A DNA stretch of 64,000 nt, from assembly GCF_006345805.1 (NCBI RefSeq), contig NC_043004.1, positions 58,094,001 to 58,158,000 of the forward strand, read 5' to 3'. The notes below the pieces were generated by a model. The model saw only the letters and a list, made by a program, of their open reading frames with translations. It searched no databases and was not told the DNA's origin. Source of the stretch: Octopus sinensis (Eukaryota). Shown here one piece after another: positions 62,547 through 64,000 of the stretch (position 1 is the stretch's first letter; each line of letters opens with the position of its first letter). The translations under genes and the position numbers were made by a program.

Positions 62547-63200
62547 GCTAACAAAAAAGAAGACAAAAAAGTAACAGGTAACGTCTCTGAACCAAATTGC
62601 TTATAGCTTCTGGGGAAACTTCCTACTCTAAAAATTATGTTTATTTATTTACTTATTTTTGTGCAGATTCTGCCATAAATGAGTGCACGTTTTATCAAAG
62701 GCATTCCAGCCATGACCTTACGGCTTTTTTTTTCCGAGTAGGGTATTATCTAATGTGTTTTTAATGTGGTGGGTTTGTAATTTGATTGGCTGCGAACAAG
62801 TATATCACCCGTGTAGTTATCTCTTATTTATTTATACAAAATTAAAATGCTTTCTCTACGACTCCCCTCCCTCTGTCCCTCTCTCTCTCACTCTCTCTCC
62901 CTCGCTCTCCCTCGCTCTCCCTCGCTCTCCCTCGCTCTCCCTCGCTCTTGTGTTTCACTTGCATATTCATAATTTAACACAATTTCAATTGATATGGCGA
63001 GTTAGTTGTGCAACATGTTGCTTGGGGTGTCCCGCTTCAAACAACTCACTCACCCTCCTTTGACGTAATTGTTCTCCAATGCACACAACAAACACGTGCA
63101 CATGCAAACAGCAGTATAGAACACTTTCACGCTTACACGGGCACAACCTCATAACCACACACACTCACACGCAAACAGGCGAGCTCGCGTACACGCACAT

Positions 63201-63247
<47 letters not shown>

Positions 63248-64000
63248 TACACGAATGAAAATACGCACACATGTAACAAAGAGGCAGGAAAAAATTACAC
63301 AACGCTTCCCACAAATTAGGATAAACACAAATGCATAATTTTATATCATACGTTCAGACTTACGCATGTGCAGATACATAGAGAAATAGACACGCACGCT
63401 CACTCATTCATACAGTTAGATGCACAGAGAGACAATGAAACATATTTATATATCTATACCTATATCTATCTGTTTATCTATCTATCTATCTATCTATTTC
63501 TGCTTATCTATCAATCTATCAATTTGTCAATCTGTACGTATGTATGTATGTGTGTGTGTATGTATGTATGTGTGTGTGTATGTATGTATGTGTATGTGTG
63601 TGCTTGTTTGTATTTCTGTAGGTGTGTATCTCAACGTATGCACGTGTTTTGTGTTTGTACATTTAAGTGGGTTTAGATGTGTGTGTGTCTGTGTGTGTGC
63701 ATTTATGTATGTGTGTGTGTATACATATACAGTGTGAAAGTGAAAGCAATAGAAGGAAAGAACGACAACCAAGTGAAAAGCACATAAAGTGCACATTGCA
63801 TCGGTGTGTCTGTGATGTGCATATCGATTTCCAACGGACTTAAACTCAATAGTAAATAGAGAAGAAATATAGTTAGTCATCTAGTGGTTTGAAATCTTGT
63901 GCATGAGAGATGAGAGAAGAAAGAAGGGAGAAATAATGAAAAGATAGAGAAAGAGAGAAAGAAAGAATGAATGGCGACAAGAATGAATGAAGAGAGACCA

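Overview
AT-rich, repeat-saturated eukaryotic DNA, apparently intronic or intergenic. The SINE and microsatellite landscape looks like an octopus or other coleoid cephalopod; that is an inference from repeat content. I found no host protein-coding exon, tRNA or rRNA gene that I can support, and almost all ORFs in the supplied track are read-throughs of microsatellites or SINEs. Content: about 18 copies of a composite tRNA-headed SINE with an internal microsatellite (here 'A'); about a dozen copies of a second SINE with swappable tails ('B'); two further SINE families ('C', 'F'); three non-autonomous Helitrons; two TIR-bounded decayed Tc1 elements; mariner/maT, RTE, Tx1/L1 and Penelope (GIY-YIG) relics; two hAT MITEs; a foldback MITE; and an (AAT)n-embedded element ('D'). 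Family letters are my working labels. Most notable is a young ~700-bp element at 3161-3860, flanked by (TA)n, with 117-bp direct repeats around a complete type I hammerhead ribozyme that has a compensatory U3:A8 core. This is a retrozyme or Penelope pLTR-like unit. Further hammerhead remnants and a Penelope endonuclease relic lie elsewhere in the window. Several unrelated element families repeatedly land in microsatellites, including the one carried inside SINE A. All alignments and folds were done by eye.
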